A stretch of 64,000 bases of DNA from Flavobacteriales bacterium. Its GTDB lineage: Bacteria > Bacteroidota > Bacteroidia > Flavobacteriales_F > PHOS-HE28. The notes beneath the pieces are model-generated. The model saw nothing but the letters and a program-made list of their open reading frames with translations. It made no database searches and was not told where the DNA came from. The number at the start of each line of letters is the position of its first letter. The first letter of the stretch is position 1. Below, piece after piece: positions 30,729-40,740 of this stretch. A program made the translations under genes and the position numbers. The stretch is taken from assembly GCA_020635715.1 (NCBI GenBank), contig JACJZG010000007.1:61771-125770 (forward strand), written 5' to 3'.

Positions 30729-31286
30729 ATGATCGCCCTGCTCGTCCTCCTCGGTCTGCTTGTCCTTCTGGCTTTCTACGCCATCGGCATCTACAACAAG
30801 CTGGTGAAGCTGAAAAACCTCGTGGCCGAAGCCTGGAGCGGGATCGATGTTCAATTGAAGAAGCGGTACGACCTCATCCCGAACCTGGTGGAGACGGTGA
30901 AGGGCTATGCCGCGCACGAGAAGGAGACCTTTGAGAACGTGACCCGCGCGCGTGCCGCCGCACAACAAGCGAGCACGGTGGAAGGCCAGCAGGCGGCGGA
31001 GAACAAGTTGAGCGGCGCGCTGATGAACCTGATCGCGGTGGCCGAGCGTTATCCCGAACTGAAGGCGAACACGAACTTCCTGGAACTGCAGAACACGCTG
31101 GCCATGGTGGAGGGCGACATCGAGAAGTCGCGCCGCTACTACAACGGCAATGTGCGCGAACAGAACACACTGATCGAGACCTTCCCGAGCAACCTCGTCG
31201 CGAACATGTTCGGCTTCGCGAAGAGCGCCTTCTTCGAACTGGAGAACAAGGCGGAGAAGGAGACGCCCAAGGTCACCTTCAGCTGA
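30729..31286 (+). CDS. LemA family protein
   Basis: 185 aa; N-terminal TM then conserved LemA sequence (…YNKLV.L.N.V..AWS.IDVQLKRR.DLIPNLV…). Confidence 0.85.
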   Translation: MIALLVLLGLLVLLAFYAIGIYNKLVKLKNLVAEAWSGIDVQLKKRYDLIPNLVETVKGYAAHEKETFENVTRARAAAQQASTVEGQQAAENKLSGALMNLIAVAERYPELKANTNFLELQNTLAMVEGDIEKSRRYYNGNVREQNTLIETFPSNLVANMFGFAKSAFFELENKAEKETPKVTFS

Positions 31287-32998
31287 TGCGCCGCGCGCTG
31301 CTGTTGCTGGCGGTCTTGGGCGTCGGATACGCGCAGGGCCAGAGCGAGAAGATCAACGCGTTCCACACCGATCTCACCGTTGCGGCCGATGGGCGGCTCA
31401 CCATCACCGAGGAGATCAACATCCACGCGGAAGGGAACGAGTTCAAACGCGGCATCGTGCGCAGGTTGCCACGCCTGTTCACGGACAACAAGGGGAGGCA
31501 GCACCGGGTGAGCTACGACTTCACCCAGGTGCTCGTGTTCGGCGCACCATCACCGCATCACACCGCCACCGAAGGCGATGACTTCGTGCTGTACGTGGGT
31601 TCAGAGGGCAACTTTCTGGAGCCGGGCGACTACCCGTACACGATCACCTATACCACCCAGGGTCAGCTGGGCTTCTTCGCGGACTTCGACGAGATCTATT
31701 GGAACGTGAACGGCAACGGATGGGCCTTCGACATCGACAGCCTATCCGCGCTCGTCCACCTGCCGCCCGGTGCCGAGGTGAAGCAGACCACGTGTTACAC
31801 CGGTGCCTACGGAAGCACCGAGCACGATTGCGGCGCGACCGTCCTCGATCCGCGCACCGTTCGCTTCACCGCACGGGCCATGGGCTATTACGAAGGGCTT
31901 ACGGTGGCTGTCGGCTTCCAGAAGGGTGTGGTGGCTGAACCGCCGCCACCGACCTTTTGGGAGGAGAACGCCGTTCCATTGACGGGTGGCGGCATCACGG
32001 GCCTGCTGCTGCTGTACTACTTCATCACCTGGTTCCGCTTCGGCCGCGACCCCGACCGGCCCACGGTGATCCCGCTCTTCGAGCCGCCGAACGGCATTTC
32101 ACCCGCTTCGGCGGCCATGGTGATGAAGGGAGGTTTCGACAACGACCAGATCACCCCGGCCATGATCTCGCTCGCGGTGAAGGGCCACATCCGCATTGAG
32201 GAGAGGACGGATGCGGTCCTGTTCGGCCTGGTGAAGTCAAGGACCTACACCATTGTGAAGACCATGAACGGTTCGGGTCTGCCGCGCGAGGAGCAGGAGC
32301 TGCTGAACCGCATGTTCGTTGGTGGCAGGAAGACGTGCGTGATCGATGGGACTTACGATCCGAGCATGAAGCTCCTGGCGAGCGAATTCCGCGCGACCCT
32401 GCGCGGGCAATGGCACGACTTCCTGACCAAGGGGGACAATGGCCGGTTCTGGTGGCTCCCGATGCTCCTGGTGGCCGCCTGTTTGATCACCTTGATCGTA
32501 CTGCACAACAAGTACCTGGGTGGAGAGGATATCGTGTACATCGGCGCATTCATCGCGGTGAACGTGGTCCTGTTCATCCTGTACACATACTTGATCAAGC
32601 GGCCGAGCGAGGCGAAGCAGGCGCTCCGCTCGAAGCTGCTCGGCTTCAAGATGTACCTGGGTGCGGCCGAGGAAAAGCAGTTGCAGCACTTCAACCCACC
32701 GACGATGACGCCCGAGGTCTTCGAGAAGTACCTGCCCTATGCCATCGCGTTCAAGGTGGAGAAGATCTGGGGCGAGCGATTCCAGGCCATGATCAGCAGC
32801 GCGCTGGTGGAACCCGACTACAAGCCCGGTTGGTACAGCGGGAACATAGGCCACTTCGGGTCCTTCTCCAGCAGCATGTCGTCATCGCTGAGCAGCAGCG
32901 TGAGTTCAAGCAGCACCCCACCGAGCAGCAGCGGTGGCTCGGGCGGTGGTGGATCGTCGGGCGGCGGTGGCGGCGGAGGGGGCGGAGGCGGCTGGTAG
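31286..32998 (+). CDS. DUF2207 domain membrane protein with Ser/Gly-rich C-terminal tail (LemA partner)
   Basis: 570 aa; signal peptide, beta-rich ectodomain, TM helices, C-terminal SSSMSSSLSSS…GGSGGGGSSGGGGGGGGGGGW; start overlaps the LemA stop (ATGA). Confidence 0.72.
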   Translation: MRRALLLLAVLGVGYAQGQSEKINAFHTDLTVAADGRLTITEEINIHAEGNEFKRGIVRRLPRLFTDNKGRQHRVSYDFTQVLVFGAPSPHHTATEGDDFVLYVGSEGNFLEPGDYPYTITYTTQGQLGFFADFDEIYWNVNGNGWAFDIDSLSALVHLPPGAEVKQTTCYTGAYGSTEHDCGATVLDPRTVRFTARAMGYYEGLTVAVGFQKGVVAEPPPPTFWEENAVPLTGGGITGLLLLYYFITWFRFGRDPDRPTVIPLFEPPNGISPASAAMVMKGGFDNDQITPAMISLAVKGHIRIEERTDAVLFGLVKSRTYTIVKTMNGSGLPREEQELLNRMFVGGRKTCVIDGTYDPSMKLLASEFRATLRGQWHDFLTKGDNGRFWWLPMLLVAACLITLIVLHNKYLGGEDIVYIGAFIAVNVVLFILYTYLIKRPSEAKQALRSKLLGFKMYLGAAEEKQLQHFNPPTMTPEVFEKYLPYAIAFKVEKIWGERFQAMISSALVEPDYKPGWYSGNIGHFGSFSSSMSSSLSSSVSSSSTPPSSSGGSGGGGSSGGGGGGGGGGGW

Positions 32999-33122
32999 CA
33001 GTTGAGCATCCCTGAGCTCCAGGCAGCGCTTCCTTGAACGGAGTATTGCGACCTGTCGCTGATGCACCATGCAGCCCACACGCACATCATCGCCAGTAGA
33101 TCCGTCATGAATACCTGCTTCG

Positions 33123-33518
33123 TCAGGCGAAAAGTCCGCGTGCCTTCGCCATCAACCAGGGTGCGAGGAAGGTGATCACCGGTACGAGGACCCAGATGCG
33201 GCCTTGCGATGGATCGTAGTCCAAGAGCAACTCGCTCCACGTCTTCTTGAAGAGGAAATGCCCGGCACCGAACTCGAAGCCAAGGGTCATGACCAACCAG
33301 AGCGAGCCGATGGTGATCGCCTTGCCTTCATCCGGCGGGCCCAGCCAACGGATGGTGGTCCACGTGGTCAGTAGAATGAGCGCGCAGAGCATCAAGGTGC
33401 TGATGGCGAGCCCCACAGTGAGGCCGGTACGTGGGATGATCCATTCCACACGGAGCGTTCCGTTCAGTATCGCCAGCACCATCAACAGGAACCAGATGAC
33501 CACGGCTTTCCACCACAT
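33123..33518 (-). CDS. hypothetical small membrane protein
   Basis: 131 aa from MWWKAVVIWFLLMVLAIL…; 4 TM helices; the longer 355-aa ORF upstream extension is antisense junk over the dehydrogenase gene. Confidence 0.38.
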   Translation of the reverse strand: MWWKAVVIWFLLMVLAILNGTLRVEWIIPRTGLTVGLAISTLMLCALILLTTWTTIRWLGPPDEGKAITIGSLWLVMTLGFEFGAGHFLFKKTWSELLLDYDPSQGRIWVLVPVITFLAPWLMAKARGLFA

Positions 33519-33710
33519 GGATGGGTGTTTCCCGCAAGATGAGCAACGATGAAGGAACGGACCATGCGTTCCATCAATCGTCCAGCTGTGCTCGTCCAAC
33601 GTTCGGTTGTTGCAGGGATTGGTGGAACAATAGGACCGCGGCTTGCGGTTCTCATCGTTCTTACCCAACGTCAACGGATCAAGCGCTTCCGCTCCGGGAC
33701 CTTTGCCACC

Positions 33711-34685
33711 ATGAAGAACCAGTTGATGACCGCGGCGGTGTACAGTCGCTACGGAAGCCCTGAGGTGATCTCCATCGCACAGGTGGTCAAGCCCGAACCC
33801 AAGCCGAACGAGGTCCTCATTCGCATCCACGCCACCACCGTTACCTCCGGCGATGTGCGCATGCGGAAGGCGGACCCTTTCCTCATTCGTTTCTTCTCCG
33901 GTCTCTTCACTCCCAAGGCGCCGATCCTCGGCCACGAGCTGGCCGGGGTAGTGGAGGCTGTGGGGGAGACGGTCACCAGGTTCAAGGTGGGTGATCGCGT
34001 CTTTGGAAGCACCGGCATGCGCTCCGGAACACATGCCGAGTACATCTGCGTGGCTGAGGACGCCGCCATCGCTCATACTCCGGACAGCCTGGCGCACGGG
34101 GAGGCGGCCACACTGGCGGTCGGTGCGCTCACGGCCCTGCACTTCATCCATGCGGCGGCGCTCCAACGCGGTGAGCACATCCTCATCCACGGCGCTTCAG
34201 GCAGTATCGGAAGTGCTGCCGTGCAGCTGGCCACGGCCATGGGCGCTACGGTCACCGCTGTCTGCAGCACCGCCAATGTGGAGCTCATGCGCACGCTCGG
34301 TGCTGATCATGTGATCGACCACACGAAGCAGGACTTCACAAAGAGCGATCACACGTATGATGTCATATTCAGCACCGTGGGTCGCACCAGCTATGCGGCG
34401 TCAAAGCACCGGCTTGTGGACAAAGGCCGCTACGTCACCAGCGCTGCCGCAGGATCGGACTATCGGCACATGCTCACCAGCAAATTGTTCGGTGGCCACA
34501 AGGTCATTGGCGGTGTGTCGAACGCGGGTGCGTCGGGCATCGCGCGGATCCGGGAGCTGGTGAACGCCGGCAGGCTGAAGGCCGTGATCGACCGCCATTT
34601 CACGCTGAAGAGCATCGCGGAAGCGCACCGCTACGTGGACCAGGGCCACAAGCGCGGCAACGTGGTGATCGATGTGGCTGCCTGA
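33711..34685 (+). CDS. NAD(P)-dependent zinc-type alcohol dehydrogenase / quinone oxidoreductase family protein
   Basis: MDR superfamily: GHELAGVVEAVG, Rossmann GASGSIGSAAVQLA; the start was set at the internal Met (MKNQLMTAAVY). Confidence 0.8.
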   Translation: MKNQLMTAAVYSRYGSPEVISIAQVVKPEPKPNEVLIRIHATTVTSGDVRMRKADPFLIRFFSGLFTPKAPILGHELAGVVEAVGETVTRFKVGDRVFGSTGMRSGTHAEYICVAEDAAIAHTPDSLAHGEAATLAVGALTALHFIHAAALQRGEHILIHGASGSIGSAAVQLATAMGATVTAVCSTANVELMRTLGADHVIDHTKQDFTKSDHTYDVIFSTVGRTSYAASKHRLVDKGRYVTSAAAGSDYRHMLTSKLFGGHKVIGGVSNAGASGIARIRELVNAGRLKAVIDRHFTLKSIAEAHRYVDQGHKRGNVVIDVAA

Positions 34686-34721
34686 ACTTCGCCCAAGCAC
34701 TTGTGCGGGCATCCTGCCCGG

Positions 34722-35195
34722 TCATGCCGCGCGGGACGGCTTCGTCAAGCCCAGGATCAAGGCCAATGCCAGGGCCATGATCACCACCAGGCGGATCAGG
34801 CTCAGGAATTCCCAGGTACCAGCACGCGCCTGCAGGTCGGGATCGATGGTATCGGCGTAGGGGGTACCGGTGATCGCCATCAACTCCGGTACGAAGTAGG
34901 TGAAGGTCGCGATCATCACCACCACGTATCCGACCAGGTTGAAGAGCACATGACCGCGGCGTGGTCCCTTCCAGCTTGACCAGAGCGTGATGAGGATGAG
35001 CACCAACGTGACGGGATGGATCGCCTCCCAGAACGCGGCCGGGTTAATGCCGTATGGACCTTGGTACATGGCGAGTGATGCCGGCGGACCAGCGCTCCAA
35101 CGGGGGATCACGGCTGCATGTTCGTATACCGCACCTCCGACCACAATGGCAAAGGCGAGCGCTGCGAGTGCATGGATGATGTCTTTGATGTTCAT
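34722..35195 (-). CDS. DUF1772 (anthrone-oxygenase-like) membrane protein
   Basis: 157 aa; 4 TM; conserved layout of the DUF1772 family. Confidence 0.55.
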   Translation of the reverse strand: MNIKDIIHALAALAFAIVVGGAVYEHAAVIPRWSAGPPASLAMYQGPYGINPAAFWEAIHPVTLVLILITLWSSWKGPRRGHVLFNLVGYVVVMIATFTYFVPELMAITGTPYADTIDPDLQARAGTWEFLSLIRLVVIMALALALILGLTKPSRAA

Positions 35196-35264
35196 GGTCT
35201 GGGGATCAGGTGGGACGATGAGTAAAGGGAAGTACGATCGGTCACCTTCCGGAAGGAAGGAGGA

Positions 35265-35822
35265 TCAACGTGCCGCCTCCTTCGCCAGGATCCGCTTTCG
35301 GATGCGGCTCAAGGATTCGGGCGTGACACCGAGGTAGCTGGCCAGCAGGTATTGGGGCACGCGCTGCAGCAGTTCCGGACGTTGCTCCAGGAGGTCCAGG
35401 TAGCGTTGTTCCGGGGACTTGGTAATGAAGCTCGCGAACTTCTCCTGGTGCGCGCCGAAGTCGCTCTCCACCGCCACCCGGCAGCTGCTCTCCAGGTTGG
35501 GGTACTTCCCGAACAATTCCCGCTCGGCCGCATAGCTCCACACCACGAGCGTACAGTCCTCCACACAGGCCAGATAGTGGTTGGCCGGCACTTGGTTGAT
35601 GAAGCTGTACAGGGAAGCCACCGCCTGTCCTTCGGTGTAGAACTCGGTCGTGCGCAGGTCGCCGTCCACATCGTAGTACATGTGTACGCAACCATCGATG
35701 CAGAACCACGCCTCGGTGGCCACATCGCCGGCCTTCAGCAGTACGGTGCCTTTCGGGAAATGACGGATCGGCACCAATCGGTCCATGTCCCGCGCCTCCT
35801 CTGGCGAGAGTAGTGCCGACAT
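35265..35822 (-). CDS. Crp/Fnr family transcriptional regulator
   Basis: cNMP-binding beta-roll (FPKGTVLLKAGDVATEAWFCIDGCV) and C-terminal HTH (RVPQYLLASYLGVTPESLSRIRKR); the start was set at the internal Met, the upstream extension is atypical. Confidence 0.7.
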   Translation of the reverse strand: MSALLSPEEARDMDRLVPIRHFPKGTVLLKAGDVATEAWFCIDGCVHMYYDVDGDLRTTEFYTEGQAVASLYSFINQVPANHYLACVEDCTLVVWSYAAERELFGKYPNLESSCRVAVESDFGAHQEKFASFITKSPEQRYLDLLEQRPELLQRVPQYLLASYLGVTPESLSRIRKRILAKEAAR

Positions 35823-36051
35823 GCCTGGAAGTTGGGAGGGCTTCAGGTCCATGGCGAGGTGGTGAAGGAACAAGGTACGGAACCCGGGTTGGACGATTGC
35901 TCTATCGAACATGCTTGCCGCATGGGAGGTCGATAGGAGGGGAGCCCTGTTCCTCCTCTCGAACATGGCACGGTAGCGTCGTCCAGGCGCTGCGTAGAGC
36001 ATGACCTTCTGCAAGAGCGACGGACGACCTGACCTAGGATCACGCAAACCG

Positions 36052-36705
36052 CTACTCGCCATTGATCCGAACGCGGATCACCTGTTCCGAGGTGATGGCG
36101 AAAGCACGTTCACCTGGACCCGGGCGTATGAGGTGCGTTCCGGTGAATCCCCCGAAAGCGGGCAGGACAGCACCCCTTGCACCGAACCAGAAGCAGGGCA
36201 GGCTTATTGCCTGGCGTCCCTTCCCGCTCAGGCGCACGGCTGGATGTACATGACCCGCCATACCGTAGAGGTCGGTAGTGGATGTGGGATGATGCGTGAA
36301 GAGGAAGGGTCCTTCATTGCGGAATGCCATGGTCGCGATCCCTGCGCGCTGATACAGGTCCGGGTGAAGCACATCATGGTTGCCCGTGACCAGGCTGAAA
36401 CCGACATCCCCGTGGTTCGAACGGAAGGCGATGAAGTCCTCCCACACCTTGTTGTAACTGCTATGGAAGAGATCGCCGAGCATCAGGATCTCATGGGGAC
36501 GTGTTCGCTTGATGAGGGCATCCAGTCGGTCCAGGTTCCGTTGCTCCAGCCCGGCAGGCGCTGCGATACCCGCGCTCCTGAAATGCGCCGCCTTGCCCAG
36601 ATGAAGGTCGGAGAGGATGAGCATGCGCCGCCTTGACCAATACACCGCCCGTTCGACGAGCAGCTGCAAGCGTTCGCCGCGGACCTGTACCAGGCACGTG
36701 TTCAT
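36052..36705 (-). CDS. pdeM: ligase-associated DNA damage response endonuclease PdeM (metallophosphoesterase)
   Basis: LILSDLHLGK…, GDLFHS…, GNHD… phosphoesterase motifs; 4-bp overlap (ATGA) with the helicase stop; position as last gene of the Lhr-core/LigC cluster. Confidence 0.8.
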   Translation of the reverse strand: MNTCLVQVRGERLQLLVERAVYWSRRRMLILSDLHLGKAAHFRSAGIAAPAGLEQRNLDRLDALIKRTRPHEILMLGDLFHSSYNKVWEDFIAFRSNHGDVGFSLVTGNHDVLHPDLYQRAGIATMAFRNEGPFLFTHHPTSTTDLYGMAGHVHPAVRLSGKGRQAISLPCFWFGARGAVLPAFGGFTGTHLIRPGPGERAFAITSEQVIRVRINGE

Positions 36706-39164
36706 GCGAGTTGAGCGCTCATACGTTGGATCCGCTCCTCCAACTTCTCGGAGCTGAGCTTCTCGCGCAGCCGGTCAACCAGGATGGGGAAGCAGAACGG
36801 CGTGACGGTGGCGCAGTCCATGATCACCGGACGCTGCTGATGGATCCGCTGCAGCGCCGTTCGAAGGCGCGCCTCCTCCACCTGGAAGGTCATCACCTCT
36901 TCATGCGCCTGCATCAACAGCAGGTTGCCCGGATCCATTTCCCTGAACACCTCGAAGAAGAGCTGCGCGCTCGATTGCAGATGGCGCACGGGATGGGCCT
37001 TGCTCTTGAACCCCTTGAACACGAGGCCCGCGACCTGGGCGATCTCGCGAAAGCGGCGCCGTGCCATCTCCGTGGCATTGAGGCTCGCTTCGATGTCGGC
37101 GCGCAGATAGGCCGTGCTGAAGAGGTCGCTGTCGAAGGCCGCTCAATGGGGATCGCGCGACCGCTCAGAAGCTCGAAACCGTAGTCGTTCATGGCGATGC
37201 TGAAGCGCCATCGGCGTGAGCAGTCCGATGCGATAGGCGAGCAAGGCGGTTATGCCCTCGTGCACGGCACGACCTTCGAACGGATAGAGGAACACGTGGT
37301 AGCCTTCGCGGGTCCGCAGCTTCTCCACGAGCAACTCGTCACTCCGGGGAATATGCGAACGCTCGCGTTGCTTCTCCAGCAAGGGGGCGAGCGCGCGCAG
37401 TTCAGGTTCGCGCCGATCGTCTTCCGCGGCTTGTTGCACCACCTCCCGAAGCACGGCGCTCATCTGCGAACTCAGCGGCATCCGACCGCCCATCCAGCTG
37501 GGCACGCGGCCCTTCGTCACCTCGCTCTTGCGCACCAGCGCCTCCATGTTGTGCACCGACAAGAACTCCAGGTTGCGCCCCGCGAACCAGAACACGTCGC
37601 CACGCTTCAAACGACTGATGAAGGACTCCTCCAGCGAGCCGATGTAGCCGCCACTGATGTACTTGACCCGGATGGCGGTATCGCTGGTGATGGTACCGAT
37701 GGAGAGGCGGTGACGCAGGGCGATCCTGCGGTCGTTCACCACATACCTGCCATCCTCCACCTCCACTTTGCGGAATTCATCATAGGCCAGCAAGGAAGGC
37801 CCCCCGGTGGTGATGAAGCCCAGCACCCAGTTCCATTCATCCGGCGTGATGGACCGGAAGCTGAAGGTGCCGCGCACTTCCTTCAACACTTCCTCCTGCC
37901 GGAATCCATCGCCTACGGCCAGCGTCACGAGGTACTGGCACAACACGTCGAACGAACGCGTGTATGGTATGCGCTGCTCCACTCTTCGAGCGGCGACAGC
38001 GTGGCGCAAGGCCACTCCTTCCAGCAGTTCCATGGCATGCGTCGGCACGAAATGGATGCGGCTCACGGCGCGGGGCTGGTGACCGCTGCGACCGGCTCGC
38101 TGGATGAAGCGCGCCACGTTCTTCGGCCCGCCCACTTGCACAACGTTCGAGACCGGGCGGAAATCGACGCCGAGGTCGAGGCTGCTGGTGCAGATCACCG
38201 CGCGCAGGCGATGCTCATGCAGCGCGGTCTCGGTCCAGTCGCGCAGCTCGCGGCTCAGCGAACCATGGTGCAGCGCGATGAGACCGCTTAGTTCCGGATC
38301 CACATCGAGCATGCGCTGGTACCAGCGTTCGGCGAAGGACCTGGTGTTGGTGAAGATCAGGGTGCTCTCGCCCTGGTGCAGCAAGGGCATCACCTGTTCC
38401 ACGGCGCGTACCCCGGCATGACCGGCCCAGGGGAAGGTGCGGATATCCGGTGGCAGCACCGTGCGCACCTCGATGCGCTTCCGTACATCGCCACGGATGA
38501 TCATGCGGTGGTCCGACCCTGCCTCTTCGCCCAGCAGCACGTCCAGCGCCTCCTCCAGGTTGCCGATGGTCGCACTGATGCCCCAGGTGCGCATGCCCGG
38601 CGCCAGCGAACGCATGCGCGACAGGGCCAGTTCCATCTGCACGGCGCGCTTGCTCCCGAGCAGCTCATGCCACTCATCCACCACCACGCAGCGCAGGCGC
38701 TCGAACAAGGCCGCACCACCCTTCTGCGAGAGCAGGACGTGCAGGCTCTCCGGCGTGGTAATGAGGATCTCGGGCATCGCCTTCTTCTGCTTCGTGCGCT
38801 CGTTCGCGCTGGTATCGCCGGTGCGCACGCCTACCGTCCAGTCGAGCCCGAGGCCAGCGATGGCCTGCCAGGCACTGAGCTCGATCTCCTTGGTGAGCGC
38901 GCGGATGGGGGCGATCCAGATCGCGCGCAGCCCGCGCTTCGCCTTCGTGCCATCGCCCTCCCGAAGCGCTTCAAGCAGGATCGGGACGAGCAACGCATAG
39001 GTCTTGCCCATGCCCGTGGGCGCGGTGAGCAGACCCTGCGCGCCTTGCAGATAGGCCTTCCAGGCGTCGCGCTGGAAGATCTGCGGCTTCCAACCCTGCG
39101 TGGCGAACCAGCGCGTGGCCGTTGTGAGCAGCGTGCGGTCAGCGGGCGCCTTGGCCATGGGCAT
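36702..39164 (-). pseudogene. ligase-associated DNA damage response DEXH-box helicase (Lhr-core-like), reading frame interrupted: in-frame TGA at 37143-37145 plus a nearby +1/-1 frame excursion (could be sequencing error)
   Basis: N-terminal RecA domains with GMGKT Walker A, DEWH box, …; reading frame A ends HRHERLRFRASERSRDPH*; the conserved NDYGFELLS helicase motif is in another frame (37192-37165); frame A resumes after the stop with the conserved C-terminal domain (…EMARRRFREIAQVAGLVFKGF…). Confidence 0.78.
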
Positions 39165-40740
39165 GGAGTAATTCCTGGAGGTCCTCCAAGGTGTTGGCGT
39201 CGCGGATATCCTTGTCGGTGCGCCAACGGAGTATGCGCGGGAAACGCAGGGCCACGCCGCTCTTATGCCGCGGACTGCGACCGATGCCCTCGAAGCCGAT
39301 CTCGAACACATGCATCGGGGTGACGCTGCGCACGGGCCCGAACTTCTCCTTGGTATGCTGCTTCACGTAGGCATCCACCTTCCGCATCTCCTCATCGGTA
39401 AGGCCGCTGTAGGCCTTCGCGAAAGGCACCAGCTCCTCGCCCTTCCACACGGCGAACGTGAAGTCGGTGAAGAGGTCGGCGCGACGGCCATGCCCGCGCT
39501 GGGCGTAGAGCAATACGCCATCGATGCTGAGCGGATCCACCTTCCACTTCCACCAATCGCCACGCTTGCGTCCGACACGATACACGGACTCGCGACGCTT
39601 GAGCATGATGCCCTCGCTGTGCATTTCCCGCGAGCGCTCGCGTTCTTCAGCCAGATCCTCCCAGGTCGCGAAGCGCACCTCTGGAGAAAGGCGCAGCCTA
39701 TTCTGCTTGGCCTGTTCCACGATCGCTTCCAATGCCTTTCGACGCTCTTGCATCGGCCGCTCCCGTTGATCTGCGCCATCCTGCTCCAAGAGATCGTAGG
39801 CCACGAAGACCACCGGCGCTTCCTTGAGCGCGCGCGCCGAAACGCTGGTGCGCCCGATGCGGGTCTGCAAGACCTGGAAGGGTAACGGGTGGTCATCACG
39901 CCATGGAAGCAGCTCGCCATCGAGCACGGTGCCGTCAGGAAGGGCGTCGCGCAGCACGTGCAGCTCGGGATACTTGTCCGTGACGAGTTCCTCGCCGCGC
40001 GTCCAGAGGTAGAGTTCGCCACCGCGAACGATCAACTGCCCACGGATGCCGTCCCATTTGTGCTCGGCCATCCAGTCGGCCGGATCCCCGAGGTCCGCAG
40101 GAGGCATGTCGAGCGCATGCGCCAGGCAGAACGGATAGGGTCGTGATGCGGCAGCGGCGCTTTCCTCCACATGTACGAGGTCGTGGAAAGGGATGGTCGC
40201 CGGGTCCCAATCGCCCATGAGCTGGTGGGCCAGCTGGTCCTCGGGCACGCCGGTATGCCGGCTCAGCGCGCGCACCATCAGTTTCTGGGAAACGCCGATG
40301 CGGAAGCCCCCGGTGATGAGCTTGTTGAAGATGAAGCGCCCCGTGCGGTCCAGCTCACGCCATTTCCCGGTGACACGCGCACGCCGTTCCTCCTCGCTCA
40401 GGCCCTTCAAGGCTTTCACCAGCTCGATGTGTTCGGTGAGCGTGCCGCTGTTCCCCTGCTTGTTACCTGGGACGATCAACGAGATCGCCTCGCTCAGATC
40501 ACCGACGATGTGGTAACTCTCCTCGAAGAGCCAGTCCGGCACGCCTGCTTCCTGCGCCGCCCAGGTACGTAGCTCGTTGGTGCGCAGCGAACGCCGGGGC
40601 CTGCGGTGGCTCAGCAGCGCGATGGTCCACACCTTGTCGCTTTCGGGCGCCACGGCGAAATAGTCGGTGAGCGCCTGCACCTTCTCGTTGGTGCTGTTGG
40701 TCGCGTCCATCCGCGTGATCAGGTCGGCGAACTGCTGCAT
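39139..40740 (-). CDS. ATP-dependent DNA ligase (LigC-type, ligase-associated DNA damage response cluster)
   Basis: 533 aa; adenylation domain with …KWDGIR… (KxDG motif I), OB domain; stop overlaps exonuclease start (ATGA). Confidence 0.85.
   Translation of the reverse strand: MQQFADLITRMDATNSTNEKVQALTDYFAVAPESDKVWTIALLSHRRPRRSLRTNELRTWAAQEAGVPDWLFEESYHIVGDLSEAISLIVPGNKQGNSGTLTEHIELVKALKGLSEEERRARVTGKWRELDRTGRFIFNKLITGGFRIGVSQKLMVRALSRHTGVPEDQLAHQLMGDWDPATIPFHDLVHVEESAAAASRPYPFCLAHALDMPPADLGDPADWMAEHKWDGIRGQLIVRGGELYLWTRGEELVTDKYPELHVLRDALPDGTVLDGELLPWRDDHPLPFQVLQTRIGRTSVSARALKEAPVVFVAYDLLEQDGADQRERPMQERRKALEAIVEQAKQNRLRLSPEVRFATWEDLAEERERSREMHSEGIMLKRRESVYRVGRKRGDWWKWKVDPLSIDGVLLYAQRGHGRRADLFTDFTFAVWKGEELVPFAKAYSGLTDEEMRKVDAYVKQHTKEKFGPVRSVTPMHVFEIGFEGIGRSPRHKSGVALRFPRILRWRTDKDIRDANTLEDLQELLHAHGQGAR

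Noticed and set aside
33123-34190. 355-aa minus-strand ORF
   Set aside because: Most of it is antisense to the zinc-dehydrogenase gene; only the distal 131-aa hydrophobic part (33123-33518) retained as a possible small membrane protein.
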